This document shows positions 60,723 to 64,000 of a stretch of 64,000 nt of DNA, piece by piece. The notes under the pieces are model-generated. The model was not told the DNA's origin. It did not search any database and saw only the letters and a program-made list of their open reading frames with translations. Where the stretch lies: the NCBI GenBank assembly GCA_026416955.1, contig JAOAEE010000065.1, positions 14,471-78,470 on the forward strand, read 5' to 3'. The position numbers and the translations under genes were made by a program. The DNA comes from Ignavibacteria bacterium (GTDB lineage: Bacteria > Bacteroidota > Ignavibacteria > Kapaibacteriales > UBA2268). Position 1 is the first letter of the stretch; the number at the start of each line of letters is the position of its first letter.

Positions 60723-62885
60723 TTAATATTTTAAAATCTGGTCTATAGCGTTGAAAATTTTATCTTCCGTAACTAAAACATAATTTTCGTAATTAGGATG
60801 GTAGGGAATATGTGAATCATAAGATGCTACTCTGATTATTGGAGCATCTAAATGGTTGAAAGCAAATTGAGAAACAGTTGCGGAAATTTCTGCACCGAAG
60901 CCATTTGTCCAAGTATCCTCGTGAACAATTATCAATCTATTTGTTTTCTTTACGGAATTGATTACCAATTCTTTATCCCAAGGGATAATGGTTCGAAGGT
61001 CGATTATTTCAATGGAAATTTCGGGATTTGATTTAATAAATCTTTTTGCGGCTTGAACAGAGTCTTTTACCCCCATACCCCAAGTTACAATAGTTAGATT
61101 TCGACCTTCTTGAACTATACGTCCTTTGCCAAAAGGTAGAAGGAAGTCCTTTCCGGGCTCGATGGAAGTTGAAAAGGGATGTCGGTATAAGCCCTTATGT
61201 TCACAAAAGATAACTGGGTCTTGAAGTCTGCAAGCAGTTTTAAGTAAACCCTTTGCATCGGCTGCATTTGATGGATATGCTATCATTAATCCTGGGATGT
61301 GTGCGAAAATTGATTCAATATTTTGGGAATGGTATAAACCACCATGGATATAACCTCCGACAGCCACTCGTATTACAACTGGAGCAGAAAAGTTACCATT
61401 CGACCTATATCGCATTGTTGCAATTTCATTTTTTATTTGCATAAAAGCGGGCCATATGTAGTCGCCAAATTGCATTTCGACTACTGGTTTCATTCCTCTA
61501 AGAGCTAACCCTAAAGCAACACCAGCGATTGATGCCTCGGCAAGTGGTGAGTTAAAAACACGTTTGTTGCCAAATTTTGTAGAAAGTCCTTTGGTTGCAG
61601 TAAAAACCCCACCTTTTGGGTCTGCTATATCTTCACCGAATATTACCATTTTTTCATTAATTTCCATTTCTTCGTGCAAAGCGTGGTTGATAGCATCGAC
61701 CATAACAACATTTTCACCTGATTCTGGATATTCCTCGGAATATTGTAAATTTCTTGTGCTTTCGGGAGCAAAAATATGGAGTATTGAATCTTCAGGTTTA
61801 GGGTCTGGTTCATCCCAAGCTTTGTCTGCCCAATAATCAATTTCTTTATTTACTTGTTCAAGAATATCATTTAATTCCTCGTGTGTCGAAATATTATTAT
61901 CTGTTAAATAAGTTTGAAATTTCTTTATTGGGTCTTTTTCAAGAGCCCTTTCGAGTTCTTCTTTCGAGCGATATTTGCGATGGTCGTCGCTAGAAGAATG
62001 TGGAAGAAGTCTTTCAACAAGAGCGTGTAAAAGTACTGGTCCACAACCAGAAGTTGTGTAATCCAATGCTTCACGTGCAGCAACGAGGGATTCGAAGAAG
62101 TCGGTACCATCGAATGTTTTAATTTTTAAATTTGAATAGCAACAGAACGTGTGGCCAACTGTTGCGCCCATAGATTGGTGTTCTCTTGGAACCGAGATAG
62201 CATATTTATTGTCTTGAATACAAAATATTACTGGCAATTGGTCCCGTGTTGCCCAATTAACTGCTTCATAGAATTCCCCTTCGCTTGTGGCTCCTTCACC
62301 AGAATCGACATAGGTAACTTCGTCTGTTCCGTAGAATTTAGTAGCAAGAGCCGTTCCAACTGCATTCAGAAATTGTGTTCCAGTCGGGGAAGAAGCGGTT
62401 GGCATATTTAATTTAATATGCCCATAGTGACCGGGCATTTGTCTTCCTCCACTTGCTGGACAATTTGGCTTGCCATAAGCCATTAAGAAATACTCAAAAG
62501 GTGTAATTCCAAGGGTGTAAGCTAAAGCAACATCACGATAATATAGCCAGAACCAATCTTTGCCGGGCCGCAATGTTAACCCAATTGCAATTTGAATTGC
62601 TTCGTGCCCGCTACCTCCTATGTGAAAAAAAGATTTTCCTTGCTTAAGTAATTTTAGATGTTTTTCGTCGGTTAACCTTGATTGAAGCATTAATTTGTAA
62701 ACCTTTAAGAGGTATTCTTTAGAAAGTTCGAGTTGAATGTGAGGAGGAATGTCCTTTCTCAATTTTACTGATTCACGCGAACACGCAGGACCACGATTGT
62801 GTACACAATAATCGGTCTCGAACGAGTCAGTGATTGCTTGTGAAATTACTTGCTCTGATAAATCAAGATAAGAATTTTTTGCCAT
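60723..62885 (-). CDS. 2-oxoacid (probably branched-chain) dehydrogenase E1, fused alpha/beta subunits
   Basis: GHEA, GGRQMPGH, GEGATSEG (TPP motif), HSSSDD, GGVFTAT, SPLAEA, GGLYHSQ, IDLRTIIPWD. Confidence 0.93.
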   Translation of the reverse strand: MAKNSYLDLSEQVISQAITDSFETDYCVHNRGPACSRESVKLRKDIPPHIQLELSKEYLLKVYKLMLQSRLTDEKHLKLLKQGKSFFHIGGSGHEAIQIAIGLTLRPGKDWFWLYYRDVALAYTLGITPFEYFLMAYGKPNCPASGGRQMPGHYGHIKLNMPTASSPTGTQFLNAVGTALATKFYGTDEVTYVDSGEGATSEGEFYEAVNWATRDQLPVIFCIQDNKYAISVPREHQSMGATVGHTFCCYSNLKIKTFDGTDFFESLVAAREALDYTTSGCGPVLLHALVERLLPHSSSDDHRKYRSKEELERALEKDPIKKFQTYLTDNNISTHEELNDILEQVNKEIDYWADKAWDEPDPKPEDSILHIFAPESTRNLQYSEEYPESGENVVMVDAINHALHEEMEINEKMVIFGEDIADPKGGVFTATKGLSTKFGNKRVFNSPLAEASIAGVALGLALRGMKPVVEMQFGDYIWPAFMQIKNEIATMRYRSNGNFSAPVVIRVAVGGYIHGGLYHSQNIESIFAHIPGLMIAYPSNAADAKGLLKTACRLQDPVIFCEHKGLYRHPFSTSIEPGKDFLLPFGKGRIVQEGRNLTIVTWGMGVKDSVQAAKRFIKSNPEISIEIIDLRTIIPWDKELVINSVKKTNRLIIVHEDTWTNGFGAEISATVSQFAFNHLDAPIIRVASYDSHIPYHPNYENYVLVTEDKIFNAIDQILKY

Positions 62886-62990
62886 TTTTGTATTCCATTA
62901 TTATTATACTTTTGCACTTATGGGTAACTAACAAAAATATTAATTTAGTTTAAATTTTTTAAAAGGTTTTGACGAATAAAATTGTATTTT

Positions 62991-64000
62991 ATGAGTTGGA
63001 AAGAGATAATCAATCAAGAAAAAATTAAAATTTTTTTCCAAAAAGTATTGAAAGAAAAAACGCTATCGAACGCATATTGTTTTTTTGGAATTGAGGGGGT
63101 TGGGAAATTTGCATTAGCTTTGAACATTATTAAAACTTATAGTTGCCTTCAACCAAAAATTGAAGGGGATTTTTTAGAACCTTGTGAAGGATGTAGTAAT
63201 TGTCTTTCGATTCGAAGTTTAAAATTTCCTAATGTTGAATATATCTTTTCCTTGCCTTCTTTTAAGACACAAGAAAAAGAAGGTGACAGTATTTATTCAT
63301 CACTTTCTGATTCAGTAATAGAAGAAATGAATTCTAAGTTGAGAAACAAAATAAATAACCCCTATGTAAAATTTGCAATTGAAGGTGCGAACCAAATACG
63401 TATTGCTCAGATAAGAGAATTAAGGAAAAGCCTTGCTCTTTCCAATTCATTTCCCGGTAGGAAATTTATAGTAATTTTTAACGCAGAGGATATGCGTGTG
63501 GAAGCACAAAATGCTTTTTTAAAGACATTGGAAGAACCAAGGGAAGATATTACCTTTTTTCTTTTAACAACAAGAAGAGAAAGCCTATTGCCAACAATTC
63601 TTTCAAGATGTCAATCGATTTTTTTCCCACCATTGAGCGACGATGAAGTTTTCTTTTATTTGATAAGAAACTTCAACAAAAGTGAAAATGAACTAAGAAT
63701 AGTTTCGAGATTTGCAAATGGCTCGATTACTAAGGCAATCGAACTTGTAGAGTCCAATCTAAAAGAAACAAGAGATTATCTTGTTAATATACTTAGGTTT
63801 GCTTTAAAAAAAGAACTTCCGGGGAAACAATTAATTGAAAGTATAGAAAAATTTGCAGAGAATTTAGATAAAAAAGGAGCACAAAGTTGCTTACAATTAT
63901 TAGCAAATTGGATTAGAGATGCCATTTTGTTAACTCAAAATGGTACTAATAATTTAATTGTTAATTTGGACGACTTAGATACATTGAAACGGTTCTCGGA
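62991..64000 (+). CDS. holB: DNA polymerase III delta' subunit (partial, runs off the window)
   Basis: Not in the ORF track. Manual translation: MSWKEIINQ...AYCFFGIEGVGK...PCEGCSNC...AQNAFLKTLEEP...LLPTILSRCQ. Confidence 0.92.
   Translation, partial: MSWKEIINQEKIKIFFQKVLKEKTLSNAYCFFGIEGVGKFALALNIIKTYSCLQPKIEGDFLEPCEGCSNCLSIRSLKFPNVEYIFSLPSFKTQEKEGDSIYSSLSDSVIEEMNSKLRNKINNPYVKFAIEGANQIRIAQIRELRKSLALSNSFPGRKFIVIFNAEDMRVEAQNAFLKTLEEPREDITFFLLTTRRESLLPTILSRCQSIFFPPLSDDEVFFYLIRNFNKSENELRIVSRFANGSITKAIELVESNLKETRDYLVNILRFALKKELPGKQLIESIEKFAENLDKKGAQSCLQLLANWIRDAILLTQNGTNNLIVNLDDLDTLKRFS

Noticed and set aside
60723-62885. E1 alpha/beta fusion as a novelty
   Set aside because: Fused E1 is well known in Bacteroidota and Chlamydiae.

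Overview
An AT-rich, gene-dense stretch of core chromosome from an FCB-group bacterium. Ignavibacteria/Ca. Kapabacteria-like is my inference from type IX secretion (T9SS) C-terminal domains, signal peptides cleaved before Gln, TAnnTTTG promoter boxes, a fused E1 alpha/beta 2-oxoacid dehydrogenase and the sdhCAB type. Contents: about 47 CDS (sdhCAB, sucD-ndk, ddl, gmd-fcl, grpE-dnaJ, dnaA, pyrF, ppk2, an AddA-like helicase-nuclease, an Oar-type TonB receptor and others), three tRNAs (Phe-GAA, Ser-CGA, Leu-CAG) and three clear intrinsic terminators. Two edge-truncated genes are missing from the ORF track: a >1450-aa multidomain surface protein (1-4354, minus) and holB (62991-end, plus). I see no CRISPR array, rRNA, integrase, transposase or prophage, and no unmistakable new multi-gene system. 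Best leads: (i) a close bacterial homolog of the lysosomal dipeptide transporter MFSD1 coupled to an aminopeptidase, near a carboxypeptidase-Q-like peptidase; (ii) an orphan mini-ActD + ActE pair detached from alternative complex III; (iii) a tiny T9SS cargo made of Cys-flanked DxNxDG loops beside a CDF metal exporter; (iv) a HAD-UbiA/DprE1 pair with no adjacent DprE2; (v) the large beta-helix/I-set Ig surface protein. All family calls come from motif recognition by eye, not database searches.
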